Assembly (NCBI RefSeq): GCF_001194135.2 | Contig: NC_068981.1 | Span: 125,669,675-125,730,335 of the forward strand | Reading direction: 5' to 3' | Length of the DNA stretch: 60,661 nucleotides | From: Octopus bimaculoides | Taxonomy: Eukaryota | Shown here: piece after piece, positions 36,866-48,719 of the stretch | Layout of the letters: every line of letters starts with the position of its first letter | How positions within the stretch are numbered: position 1 is the first letter of the stretch | Made by a program: the position numbers and the translations under genes | The notes under the pieces: generated by a model | Told to the model about the DNA's origin: nothing | The model's input: the letters and a program-made list of their open reading frames with translations, nothing else | Database searches by the model: none

Positions 36866-39030
36866 TCACTTTATGTATTCCTGTAATAATAATCTGAATC
36901 ATTGTGATAATTGTAGAAATCTACAAGAGATATGTGTGCCCAGTAAGATTAATGACATATATTACAATATAAACATTAGAAAACTTAATTATCGATTTCT
37001 TATTAAGGCACATAACTGTGTTCATATAGGAAGTGAGAATGAAAATCATTCGTGAAGACATTAATAGTATAATTACAGAATATTTACTGAATCAATATTG
37101 ATGTGATCTGGTGACATCTTCACTATCAGATCTAATGGTTCTCAGACTCTTTATTATTGAAACTGTTTGAATAATGAAGATGTTAATATTAAATATTGGA
37201 ACTTATTAACAAACTGTTTAATAAAATAGAACATAGCATGTAATTATTGCTACACTAACTAAATCAACATTTAACATTAAAATTAGCCACATCTGGTTCA
37301 TATGTGAAATGTTTATTAATGTACACCTGAAACATATATAATGCAGGTAACTATATAGTTATTTGAAAGCCTTAGTTATGTGAAGATTAAGGTTTTGTTC
37401 TTTTAAGTAAACAGCAAAATAATTGGGAATCTACTTATGATAAGTTTTGGGATAATTGTCCCCCATCAGATTTGCTATTATAGTTCAGCTGCAGAAAGAA
37501 TTTTGAATTTAAATCATTACATTGGATGTTTTCATGCCATCTTAATTTCCACAGCTAATGCTTTCAAATATATAACTGTAGACTTATTTATATTATACAT
37601 GTTTCAAGTATTTTGAATTACAAATGTATGTTATTCAGTTTATTACTGTGCTTAAAAGAAGTTGCCAGTTGATAAGTTGAGTAAATGCCTTGATGTATTT
37701 AGTTATACCCATTAATGTTTTGATTTTAAATTCTACTGATCTCTAGTTTGCCTTTCATTCAATCTGTATCATTTAAATTGAATGCACATTTTCATCAAAA
37801 TGTGTGGCTTCATATTAAATTTAGAAACTAAAACTTGCATTTAATTAAAATAAAATATATTTATGTAATACCTCTTAGAATACCTATCAATATGTGTTCA
37901 TAAATGAAATATCATTAAGTAATAGTATATTGTTCTTTGAGTTACAACTGAAGACTATTTTATTTTATAGAATATATATAAGTATCATCCTAGATATTTT
38001 AGTTACCCTAATTTTATCTTGGAACACAATTAATGGATTTCTGGTTTGAAAAAAAATAAAGTAAATATTTTTTAATTAAAGTTTGTTTATATTTGGGAGA
38101 TTTTATGAACTGAGGTTGAAACAAATTTATATTTTGTTTTGAATTATCACTTTATAGGTTGTTATTAAATCAATATGAACACCTTGAAGAAAATAGATTT
38201 ATGATGCATATAGTTATGTTTATCAATGGTACTTATTAATTGTTTTGTTTATCACATTATGTAATTCATATGAATTGAATCAATTCCAGGAGCTTAATTT
38301 TGATAGAATGAAGTGATATTTTTAAATGCATAAATAGACATTTGGCATTACAGAAGAGATGGGTTTTTAAAGAAGTAAACCAAATAATTGACTTGGAACC
38401 TTAGCTGTGAAGCGGCAAAAGTAACTTCTCAAATTGTTTAAATATGGATGCAACTCTTCAACATGAATAATAACATCTGGAGATGATATCACTGGAAAAA
38501 GGCATGTGCATAACAAGATACTCTTAAGAAGCTCTTGAAGGGAATGAAAAGATTTATTGAAATTCGTATAAATAGCTGACTGCTTTATGACCCAAATATT
38601 GAGACAGATGATGATTTTCCTAGTAAAAAATTTTGTAAAAGAAGTTAATGAAATATTAGAGTGGACATTAAATGATGATGGTGATGATCTTTATATATTT
38701 ATAGACACAGACATTTTTATGTGATTAAGGAGCCTTTGCATTTCAAGCATATACACAAAAATATTGCATGTCTATATGAACAGAAATAGGGCTGGGCCTG
38801 TAATTACTGAATTAGGATTGTGTTGTTCATAATGGCAGCTATACAAACAACAGAAGAGAGTTATGTTATTTGGAAAACTAACTTAGTTAAACTATAGTTA
38901 TTGTAACTAGTTATTTCTAATGAAGGTAACGTACTACACATTTTGCCAGAAATAATGTGGTCAATTTAACTACCTAAGTGTTTGCCTGATATTTTATTTT
39001 ATCAACTTTCAGTCTCTGAATCTTGGCCTT

Positions 39031-39071
<41 letters not shown>

Positions 39072-39153
39072 ATAATAAAACACTTGAAATAGTGTTGTTA
39101 TTGCTCAAAACTTTTATAACAAACTTTGTTTTAGTTAGGTCAGAATATATTGT

Positions 39154-39362
39154 AAGGCAACAACAAACTGGCAGAATCATTAGCACATTGGACAAAATGC
39201 TTTGCAGTATTTCTCCTGGTTGTCTGTGTTCTGAGTTTGAATCCTGCCAAGGCCTACTGTACCTCTCATTCCTTTGGAGTTGATGAAATAAAGTAACAGT
39301 CAAATACTGGAGTTAGTACAATCAACTTGTCCCCTCCCCTTAGAAATATTGGCTTTGAACCC
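39154..39362 (+). mobile_element. SINE family B
   Basis: CTGGCAGAATCATTAGCAC...CTGAGTTTGAATCCTGCCAAGG... Confidence 0.75.
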
Positions 39363-39914
39363 TGCAATAGAGTGTCTCCTATTCAGGGGAAGTGTTGTGA
39401 TCTCAGCCATTTATACTCCATGGAAGCTGGGTAACCAACCTTATGAGCCCTATGGCTCAAGAATAATATTAAGATTTATTGAGAATATATAGTACACTGG
39501 GATATTATATTTCTACTGAAACAACAATAGCTAAAGTACTTAAAGCAGTACTTGTTGATTTGTAAATCACTTCAAAGTGAACTCTATTGAATATGTATTA
39601 AAAGGAAACATATGTCTTAGTATTAATTATAAGTATTGGATGATATATCAAAGATGCTGGAATGGCACAGTGAGACAGAGAAATATGCAAGTTTGAAAAT
39701 GAATGGTGTCGATGTATTCTTATGTTAGATATTACATAACATGTTGAATTAGTTATGATCAAGGAGAACTAGAATACACAAAATTAACAAAGGGCAAAGG
39801 AAAAAAATTGTATTTCTATTGAAGATATGGCAAACTCACATTACTATAAAGAGTATATGTGTGTGTATGAGTGTACATGAATGTATTTACATGCACACAT
39901 ATATATATACACTG

Positions 39915-40350
39915 TATGTGGCACAGTCAGCATGTTTGGCTATTAACCAAAAGGTAGGTGGTTCAAGATCAGGGACAAGGATAATACCTTTTCTTCATTC
40001 TTCTTAAGTTTACTTCCTAATTGCATGGATTTTGAGTCCAGTTCAACTATGTGGCACCTTGGATAAATGTCTTCTACAATACCTCCAGACAGACCAAAGC
40101 CTTGTGTGTGGATTTGGTTGATGGAAACAGAAAGAAGTTCATCATGCATATGTGCGTGTATGTTTTTATCTTCTTGTTTGGACATCACTTAGTAATTGTA
40201 CATGAATGTGACTATCACATAAGTAGTATCATTCATCTCCAATATTCTATGAGGGCATGTCTGCTCAGGTGAGGGATGAAGACGGAAGGGCATTTGTCTG
40301 TAGAAATTCTGATTCAATAAACTTCATCCAACCAATGAAAGTATGAAAAA
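39915..40350 (+). mobile_element. SINE family A, tail type 2 (diverged; possibly two head pieces)
   Basis: GGCACCTTGGATAAATGTCTTCTAC...GGATTTGGTTGATGGAAAC plus type-2 3' half. Confidence 0.65.
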
Positions 40351-40507
40351 ATTTTAAATGACAATAGAGATGATTGTGTGTATCAGCTAAATTAGCCCTG
40401 TTTATTTAGTTTTATACAGGTTACATATATCATACCTATATACTGTGTGAACTGAGATTCCTGTTGCCAGGCCTCTGATATTTAAAAATAAATGTTGACA
40501 TTTTCAG

Positions 40508-40635
40508 CATGCAAATTAGTAGTTCCAGCTACTGTAATTGTTGAGTATATAAACAGATTGGCTGCGTGTTTCCCTGAGATTGATCAAATTGATGTAGATG
40601 CCTCTGATGAGAATCCTATTAGATTTGAAAATTGA
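40508..40635 (+). CDS. Candidate terminal coding exon: (A)CKLVVPATVIVEYINRLAACFPEIDQIDVDASDENPIRFEN*
   Basis: ttgacattttcag| acceptor, then about 42 open codons of protein-like composition ending in TGA. It can also be read as a 47-aa ORF from ATG 40492. Confidence 0.4.
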
Positions 40636-40739
40636 TTAAGGCTGTTTATCGTTTTTTCAATCTACTGAGAAACAGCTAAATTAGTCCTGTTTATGTAGGT
40701 ACTATATAGGTTACACAAACACACATACACACACATGTA

Positions 40740-41645
40740 TGAGGAAGTACCCAAAAGTAATCAGAAACATTCTCTGTGGGACAAGCCTATTGTAGTTCAG
40801 TCTTCTGCCACTAGGAGCCACTTGATGTGACCCTCAAGCATCAGTATGTCGACTGGAGGTGTTGAGTGAAGTCGTACTGCCATGTGGCGTGTCTTTGTTT
40901 TGCAGTGCTTCTCCCTTGTTTGTCAGTTTTTGTGATAGTTGAAACAAAGGAACAGTGTGCTGCCATGAAATTCTGTTTTCTGCTTGGGAAAACGGCAGGT
41001 GAAACAGCTGTCATGCTTCAAACAGCTTACAAGGATGCTGCCATGAGTAAAACACAAGTTTACAAGTGGTTTCCATGCTTTAGGAATCATCACCTGTTGC
41101 TTGAAGACCAACCTCATTCAGGATGTCTGTCAACCTCCTGAATGAATGAAAACATCATGGAAATTCATGAACTGATGTTGAAGGACCATCACTGAACAAT
41201 TAATGAACCTGTTGATATGACTGTTGTGTCCTGGAACTCCTGCTAACGAATTTTGAGCAAGGAATTGCAAATGAAAAGAGTTGCAGCAAAATTTGTGCCT
41301 TGCTTGCTCACAGAAGATCAAAAGCAGCCACAACTGAATGTGTGTTGTAAACTGAGAGAACAGTTGGAAATTGATCCAGACCTTTTTTCAAAGGTCATCA
41401 CTGGTGATGAAAGCTGGTGCTCTGGAATTTTCAGATGTGGAAGAGGTGAAGAAAAAGATGACGGAGGCATTAAAAGGCATCCCTTTGCAAGAGTGCCAGC
41501 ACTGCTTCCAATAGTGGGAAATGTGTCTGAACCAATGCATTGCTTCAAATGGAGAATACTTTGAAGGTGATAAAAGCGTAAACATGTAAAGCTAAGTGAA
41601 TAAAATAATATTGCAAAATTCTGGTTTCTTTTGGGTACTCCCTCG
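40740..41645 (+). mobile_element. Internally deleted mariner transposon (irritans-like) with both TIRs
   Basis: TA|TGAGGAAGTACCCAAAAG...CTTTTGGGTACTCCCTCG|TA; peptides QCAAMKFCFLLGKTAGET...KTQVYKWF, MKRVAAKFVPCLLT...KVITGDESWC, then a jump to the C-terminus NGEYFEGDK. Confidence 0.93.
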
Positions 41646-41914
41646 TATATATATAATGTATATATTTACACCAAAATACCAGGCATTGGCCAGGATAAAT
41701 GTTTGAGAATTAATGTTGTAATACATTAACATCATGAAGTAATTCAGTTAGATAATTCAGTTTCTTGATGAACAATGTTCTTTGTTTTTCATATGTGTGT
41801 GCATGCACATGTATGCATATATGTATATGCATGCATTCATATATATATCTATATATATGTGTAAAAATATTTTATGGTATATTTTGAATACATATTGTAT
41901 ATCATTATCAATGG

Positions 41915-42653
41915 TAAAGGCACAACATTGTAAGGATCTTTTGGATGTTGACTGATGAGGAAATGGCTACAAATTTTCCGTTCATTGTGTTTTTGTTAAA
42001 TGTTTGAAATATTACTTATGTAACGCTATGCACTTACTATTTTTTTACTCATTTGTAGAATATTCTTAGGATATTTTTGTGTGACATCTATTTCTGTCTC
42101 TTTCTCCTCTGTCTCTCTTTTACCTTCTTCTCTCTCTCTTTCCTTCCCTGATACCCTCCTCTGTTGCTTCTGTCCTTCTGCCCTTCACGACTCTTTCTCT
42201 CTCCTCCCACTACCACATGACCTGTAACTATTCACACCTCTCTCATCCTTTTTCGCTTTACCGTTGGCTCAGTTGATCATATTTCCTTGTGCTCCTACAC
42301 TTTTCCTACACAGTCTGTTTACTTCATCTTCCATTCTGACTTTTTTTCTGCCTCTTTCTCATTTCCAGTCCTACATGACATTTTCATTTTCCTTTGCGTT
42401 ACCTCATATTTATCAGTCTAGCAGCTGTATGGCCTTTTTTTTTTGTTGTATATGTGTAATTTTATTTTGTTGTGTTTGTTGTTGTCCTTGTTCTGTACGT
42501 TAGTTAGCTATTCCCAGTGGCTTTTCATTGCCTACACCACCAAAGGTGAACAACATCAACAGTAAAGGCACAAAACCATATGGGTCTTTTGGACGTTGAC
42601 TGATGGGGAATTAGCTATGAATTTTCTGCTTGTGTTTCTGTTAAATTTTTGAA

Positions 42654-42655
<2 letters not shown>
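41915..42655 (+). repeat. Two ~100-bp diverged direct repeats (41915-42020, 42563-42655) around a CT-rich spacer; PLE pLTR-like
   Basis: TAAAGGCACAA...TCTTTTTGGA(T/C)GTTGACTGATG...TTGTGTTT(T/C)TGTTAAAT.TTTGAAATAT in both copies. Confidence 0.65.
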
Positions 42656-42686
<31 letters not shown>

Positions 42687-43159
42687 NNNNNNNNNNNNNN
42701 NNNNNNNNNNNNNNNNNNNNNNNNNNNNNNNNNNNNNNNNNNNNNNNNNNNNNNNNNNNNNNNNNNNNNNNNNNNNNNNNNNNNNNNNNNNNNNNNNNNN
42801 NNNNNNNNNNNNNNNNNNNNNNNNNNNNNNNNNNNNNNNNNNNNNNNNNNNNNNNNNNNNNNNNNNNNNNNNNNNNNNNNNNNNNNNNNNNNNNNNNNNN
42901 NNNNNNNNNNNNNNNNNNNNNNNNNNNNNNNNNNNNNNNNNNNNNNNNNNNNNNNNNNNNNNNNNNNNNNNNNNNNNNNNNNNNNNNNNNNNNNNNNNNN
43001 NNNNNNNNNNNNNNNNNNNNNNNNNNNNNNNNNNNNNNNNNNNNNNNNNNNNNNNNNNNNNNNNNNNNNNNNNNNNNNNNNNNNNNNNNNNNNNNNNNNN
43101 NNNNNNNNNNNNNNNNNNNNNNNNNNNNNNNNNNNNNNNNNNNNNNNNNNNNNNNNNNN
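42687..43159. other. Assembly gap (473 N); other gaps at 208, 14672, 15211, 43797, 51293 and 57837
   Basis: N runs; all but the right side of this gap and of the 51293 gap are bounded by microsatellite. Confidence 0.99.
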
Positions 43160-43339
43160 GAAAGACGGAAAGTTCAAAGAATGGAAAAACGGAGGAAGAG
43201 AAAATCCGCACCGATGCCCACAAGGTTACATTGTGGAAGGACCGGAAGAGGAGGTGGTGAAGGAAAAGTTCTTTCTAAGACAGGAGAGTGAAAAAGGGAG
43301 GTGAATATCTGTGTATGTGCGAGAGTCTGCAAGTGTGTG

Positions 43340-43764
43340 TGTAATAACAGAACGTGTGTGTGCATATGTATGTGTGTGTGTGTGTGTGCATGGTTTGGTG
43401 GTTTATCTGTTAGTGTGTATGTGTGTGTGTGTGTGTGACGTAGTGGAAGGAATTAGTAGCAGGAATAGTTAGTGGGTGCTTATGGACAATGGTCAGTGGA
43501 AGGTCAGCAGGCAGTTTTTGAGTATGTGTGTGTGTTTGTGTAGGGTTGTAGGTGTTGGGTACGTATGCGTGTGTGTGTGTATTTTGTACGTGCGTGTGTG
43601 TGTATGTGTATGTTTTTGTGCGTGCGTGTGTGTTTGTGTGTATGTGTATGTTGTGTATATGTGTGTTGCTGTGTACGTGTGTGTGCGTGCGTTTGCTTCT
43701 GTATGTGCGTGTGTTGTGTTGGTGAGAGGTGTGTTCATGTGTGTATATGTGTATGTGTGTACGT

Positions 43765-43796
<32 letters not shown>

Positions 43797-43896
43797 NNNN
43801 NNNNNNNNNNNNNNNNNNNNNNNNNNNNNNNNNNNNNNNNNNNNNNNNNNNNNNNNNNNNNNNNNNNNNNNNNNNNNNNNNNNNNNNNNNNNNNNN

Positions 43897-43927
<31 letters not shown>

Positions 43928-44040
43928 TATGTGTATATATACACATGTATATATATCTGTGTGTGTGTGTGTGTATTTATATACACACCCACACACACTC
44001 TCTCTTTCTCTCACGCTGTCACATACACACATATATATGA
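43340..44040. repeat. Degenerate TG/AT microsatellite block containing a 100-N gap
   Basis: Direct reading. Confidence 0.9.
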
Positions 44041-47000
44041 GGGGGAAGTTTGAAAGATGAATTACGATAATAAAAGTCAGAAAGCATACAAGCATACAAT
44101 CAGGAATGAGAGAGTTTTTTTGTTTAGTTTATGGAAATATCGAATACTTACCAAATCAAAAATAGGTTTTTCTGGTATGAACTGATATTGTCTCTCTGTA
44201 TTTATTTTCTGTATTTTTATTTTATATGTGTGAACTGAATATGGTTTCAAAATAACTTTTGGTGATGAATAGCCTGAGTTTGTTTGTAGGAAATGTCTCG
44301 CTGCTGGTTAATTTAAAAGGAACGGTTATCATTGGATGTAACTACTTGATTTTAGCAATACACAATCCTGAGATAAATAGGGATGCTGAGATTATTGCTT
44401 TTTTGATTGAAGCTAAAATCAGAATATTACTTGGAAAAGTTTAGTAAATATTCTGTAGAATATTGATTTCTTTCTTAGGGAGAGTCCAAAAATTAGTTAA
44501 GCGTTGGAACAGTAGTCATTAGTAATAATTATGAAGATAATTCATTTTAATTTGAAATTTGAAGCAAAGTTGGCTGTTTGACTTGTTTGCTGCTAGTTTT
44601 TTTTTTTTATTCTAGAGTACTGCCTTCCACCTATGTTCAGAGAGTTTCCAAGTTAATTTTTTAAAAAGAGAATGTATATATTTCTGAATGTTTTAAGGTA
44701 GATAAATGAACTGATTTTCTATTGCTGTTTCCAAGTAGACAGGGAATCTATATTTTTGTGTAAGTGGGGAAAAAGATGACAATAATGGATAAAATCAGGA
44801 AATGTAGATTTTTTTTTTTTGTGCAGCTATTGCTCTTTGTCAATCTAAAAATAGTTCCAGTGTAGTATTTAATTGTGAATGTTGCAGAACAAATATTATC
44901 ATAAGTTTAGAAAATATATTATCCTTGAATATATCTTTAGCATGTCATTGTAAAGTAGAGTTTTCAGTTATACAGATAAAACAGTCCTCCAGTGAGGCAG
45001 TAGAAAGCTAGAGGTGAAATAGTACAATGGATAGAATTATATGAGCTAAGTTACAGGCTTACAAAAAAAATGCAAGAAAGGAAATAACAATATGCCATGA
45101 GAAACCAGGCTGGAGTGAAGGGTGTATGTAGCCAGGAGAGGAACTCAGATTAGAATGTTTGCTTCTAATTTGCACTATGAAGAGGAAAGGTGTGGATATT
45201 TGGAAGTAATGTGTACAAAGTGACACAAGCACAAAAGAAATATGGAAATGCATCTATGAATAAGTCTGTAGGATAATGAAAGACTACTCCAAGTAGACAG
45301 AGGACCAAACAAGTGAGGTTAGCTTCAGTATAGGTAATAAAGCTATTGAAGGAATGGGATGGAGAAGTTATTGAGGAGAAGTTATTGAGAAGTTATTGAG
45401 ATATTGACAGTATCTGACTATGTAGGTATTATACTAATTTCACACTTAGTTAAACAGGTCATGCTGAAAATGCTATGAATTAATAAAATCTTGAAAGTCG
45501 TTTTCAGAGATTTAGCAAACTTTTTTCAGGTAGGTTAGCCTTGATGAGATGACATTTGAGTTTGAAACAAAGTGTAAAATCACCAGCTGTATTGTTGAGG
45601 ATCATTAAAAACTTAAATTAACCATTCTATTTTGTATTTGTTAATTTAGAAAAAAATCTTTAACATGATCCATTATTCTGTACTCTAAAATGCATTAAAA
45701 ATATTTGTCTATGCATATGAGTATGTTTCATTATGCTGATATACAAATGTGGCCATTTTATTATTACATAATTTACTCTTAAATATTCTTGATGTTCTTA
45801 TTGCCTATTTATTTTTGTCTAGTAATAATTAGATATTAGTCACAATTAAATTAAATCTTTTCTAAGTATATAGATAATTTTATTTTGGAAGGAAAATTTT
45901 GTACTCCCTCTTACAAAACTGTTTATTATGAATATTCATTATTTGATCAACACACATTTTCTTATCTGCAAATCATAAGAGTCCAAAAATTACTGATAAA
46001 AGAATGATACATTATATATATATATATAATTCTGCTGCTAGACATGAAGCTGTATGAGAAATAAGAGGTGGAATAGTATCTCTTTGTGAACAGTTCAAAT
46101 GTTAATAATGGCAAAAATACAAAGATAAAACACTTGAAATAAATCACTTGGTTTTAAAGTTAGGTTTCACAAAACAGCTTCTTTTCTTTTTATTAAGCAT
46201 CATTTGATAGATGAAAGAAATACTACTAAGTTATATTCTGTGGAAAATAGGAAGTTTAGTAAGTCTCACTGTCTTCAAATAAATATTGTCTCTCATTTTT
46301 AAACTGGCTTTGTTATCATTTAGACATGGTTACATACAAAGAAATTAGGAGTAGATAAAAGAAAAAGAACTGTGAGAACTAGTAACTAGATTGTGGAGAG
46401 TTATTTTTATCATTTGCTTAGAGAATTCTTTGAAATTTGGCTTTAATAGCTTGTTCTTGTACAAAGAGAAGCTTTGTTTTTAGATTGCTTTTGATGATTA
46501 GAAGAATTACATATTTTATGACAATAGATACAAATACTTGTTTCTTACTAGTTATAATACTTGTTTCATTAGAATGGTTAAAAATAGTGCAAAGTGAAAA
46601 TACCATAGCAACCATATTGAAATTCCTTCATGGAAGTATTCATGAAATTTAGTTTAAAGTTCAGAAGCTTTCATACACACTAATATTGATTTCCATCTTT
46701 GGAGGGCTTCTAGAAATATCATTTCCTCGTTTCATGTTTGACTTTTCATAAGAAAAGAATATTTTCTTTATGGATTTTTACCTTTCCATAATATGCAAAC
46801 AGTAATAAAGAGTATATTGCACATAATAAAAGTAATGTCTTTCATTGTTATGATTGATAGATTATATTACTTTAAGTTATAGTTCATAAATGCAAAATGG
46901 CATTAAAAATGCTAAAATCTTTACAGCTGAATTGAAAACGTATTAAAAATTTTTTTGTTCATTCATATTATGTGAGCATATTAATGCAGCTATCCTTCCA

Positions 47001-47612
47001 AAATATAATGGCTAGTACCTTCATGACATTCTTAACTCACATTTGCTCAGTTTTACATATTATTTTTCATATTTAATGAATGCTTCTTCACCTTCCCCAG
47101 ACAGCTTTCTACTGATCCCACTCTTTCACTTCTATGTTTGTCACATTGTTTAACAATAGAACAAGTTATATAGCAGAATTTGAGCATATTAAGTTTGTGG
47201 AAATTGTTTTGCATCTTAAATATACTTTCAGCAAACAAGGGTAAAGGATAGGCATGATGCAGTCATGCAAATATACTTAATGCATGCCAAGATGGAAACA
47301 GAAATATGAAACATTGATGATAGTAGAAATGTCTGACTCTTTTCGAATGAATATTTTATACAGTACCTAGTTAACTATTTCAAATCTTTTTAATGTTGTA
47401 TTTGCTAATATCTTTGGAGTCAGATAAGTATGAATAATATGCAAGAGCCTTTCTCTTTAATAATTTGGCCTACAGAAGTCAATGCTATTTCATATTTCTT
47501 TGTGTTCACTCTTCATTAGTCAAGCAGTGAAATGAAGTTACTCTGTGCAATATTTCTCTAAACTTTATCCATTTAGCACATCTTCAGCATTATACATACA
47601 TACATATATCTA

Positions 47613-47651
<39 letters not shown>

Positions 47652-47724
47652 CATACACAGAAATATCATTGAAACTTAATATTACACTAGAATTATTGAT
47701 ATGTATTTATTGATTTCTTTTTAG

Positions 47725-47771
47725 GTAAGTACGAAATTTGAAGCTTCAGTTATTTTCTTCATGACGGTCAG
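47725..47771 (+). other. Candidate recursive-splice site / 47-nt RS-exon
   Basis: tgatttctttttag|gtaagt at 47724/47725 and a second donor TCAG|gtaagt at 47771/47772. Confidence 0.4.
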
Positions 47772-48094
47772 GTAAGTCAGCTAGAGTCATTTCCAAACTA
47801 TCTGTATTTAACTATTGATACAATGCTTGTTTATTTTTAAAGTGTTCTGTCATTAAAAGAGAAAAAGTAGCAGCATTTTTTTCTTCGCTTGAGAAACAGT
47901 ATTGGTTGTGCATTTAAGTCTTATTTATTTAATTAGTAAAATATTAGCTTGTGACAAAAACATTAAATTTATTGTCTGTTTGCAAGTATTTTTGAAGACA
48001 AAGACATTAATTTGGGTCTTGTTTGTTGTATTTTAGAAAGAAATAAAGATATATATTAGACGTAAAGTAAGTACTGTCCTAAGATTCGTGGGAC

Positions 48095-48312
48095 CACCTA
48101 CCTCATTTCCAAGGCATGTAAGTGACTGATACCACGTTAGCTCTAAATGGGATGCCAGTCCATTGCAGGGTTACTTACTTACAGCTGAGTGGATTGGGGT
48201 AACATAAAATGAAATGTTTTGGTCAAGAACAAAACACACTGCCTCCTCTGATGATAGAACCTATGATCTTGCAATCCTGAGTGCAACATCCTCACCACTA
48301 GGCCATGTGCCT
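48095..48312 (-). mobile_element. SINE family D (tRNA-like head, CCACTCAGCTGTAAG-type core)
   Basis: Minus strand starts GGCACATGGCCTAGTGGTGAGGATGTTGCAC; related to 56230-56550. Confidence 0.7.
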
Positions 48313-48429
48313 TCATGTATTAGTCATTTTTAAGCCATAAGTGATTTTGAAATGACTAAACCAATTTTTAATGAAGTTTGAATATAATTTTGCATGTCAG
48401 TGTGACTCCAAAAATGAATCATACTAATG

Positions 48430-48585
48430 TAGGCATGGCTCTGTGGTTAAGAGGCTTGCCTTGCAACCATGTGGCTTCAAGTTCAGTTCTACTGCATGGA
48501 ATTTTGGGTAAATGTCTTTTGCTATAGCTCCAGGCCAACTAATACTTTGTGAATGAATTTGATTGATGGAAACCATGTAAATATA
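48430..48585 (+). mobile_element. SINE family A head and core
   Basis: GGCATGGCTCTGTGGTTAAGAGGCTTG...TTTGATTGATGGAAAC; followed directly by a MITE. Confidence 0.7.
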
Positions 48586-48592
48586 TGTTATA

Positions 48593-48719
48593 CAGGGTGT
48601 CCACAAAGTCTGGGTACATGCCGATTAACACATACTTTAAGAAATTATTATTTCTTATATTTAATTGTTTATGTTATGATTTTATTTACTTCATGTACCC
48701 AAACTTTGTGGACACCCTG
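48593..48719. mobile_element. 127-bp Tc1/mariner MITE
   Basis: 28-bp TIRs CAGGGTGTCCACAAAGT(C/T)TGGGTACATG with one mismatch; TA TSDs at 48591-48592 and 48720-48721. Confidence 0.93.

Noticed and set aside
42615-43260. 178-203-aa ORFs spanning 42.6-43.3 kb
   Set aside because: They consist almost entirely of the N gap.
44950-45420. Purine-rich tract faintly resembling a LINE endonuclease start, with GAGAAGTTATT repeated three times
   Set aside because: Motif match too weak to call by eye.
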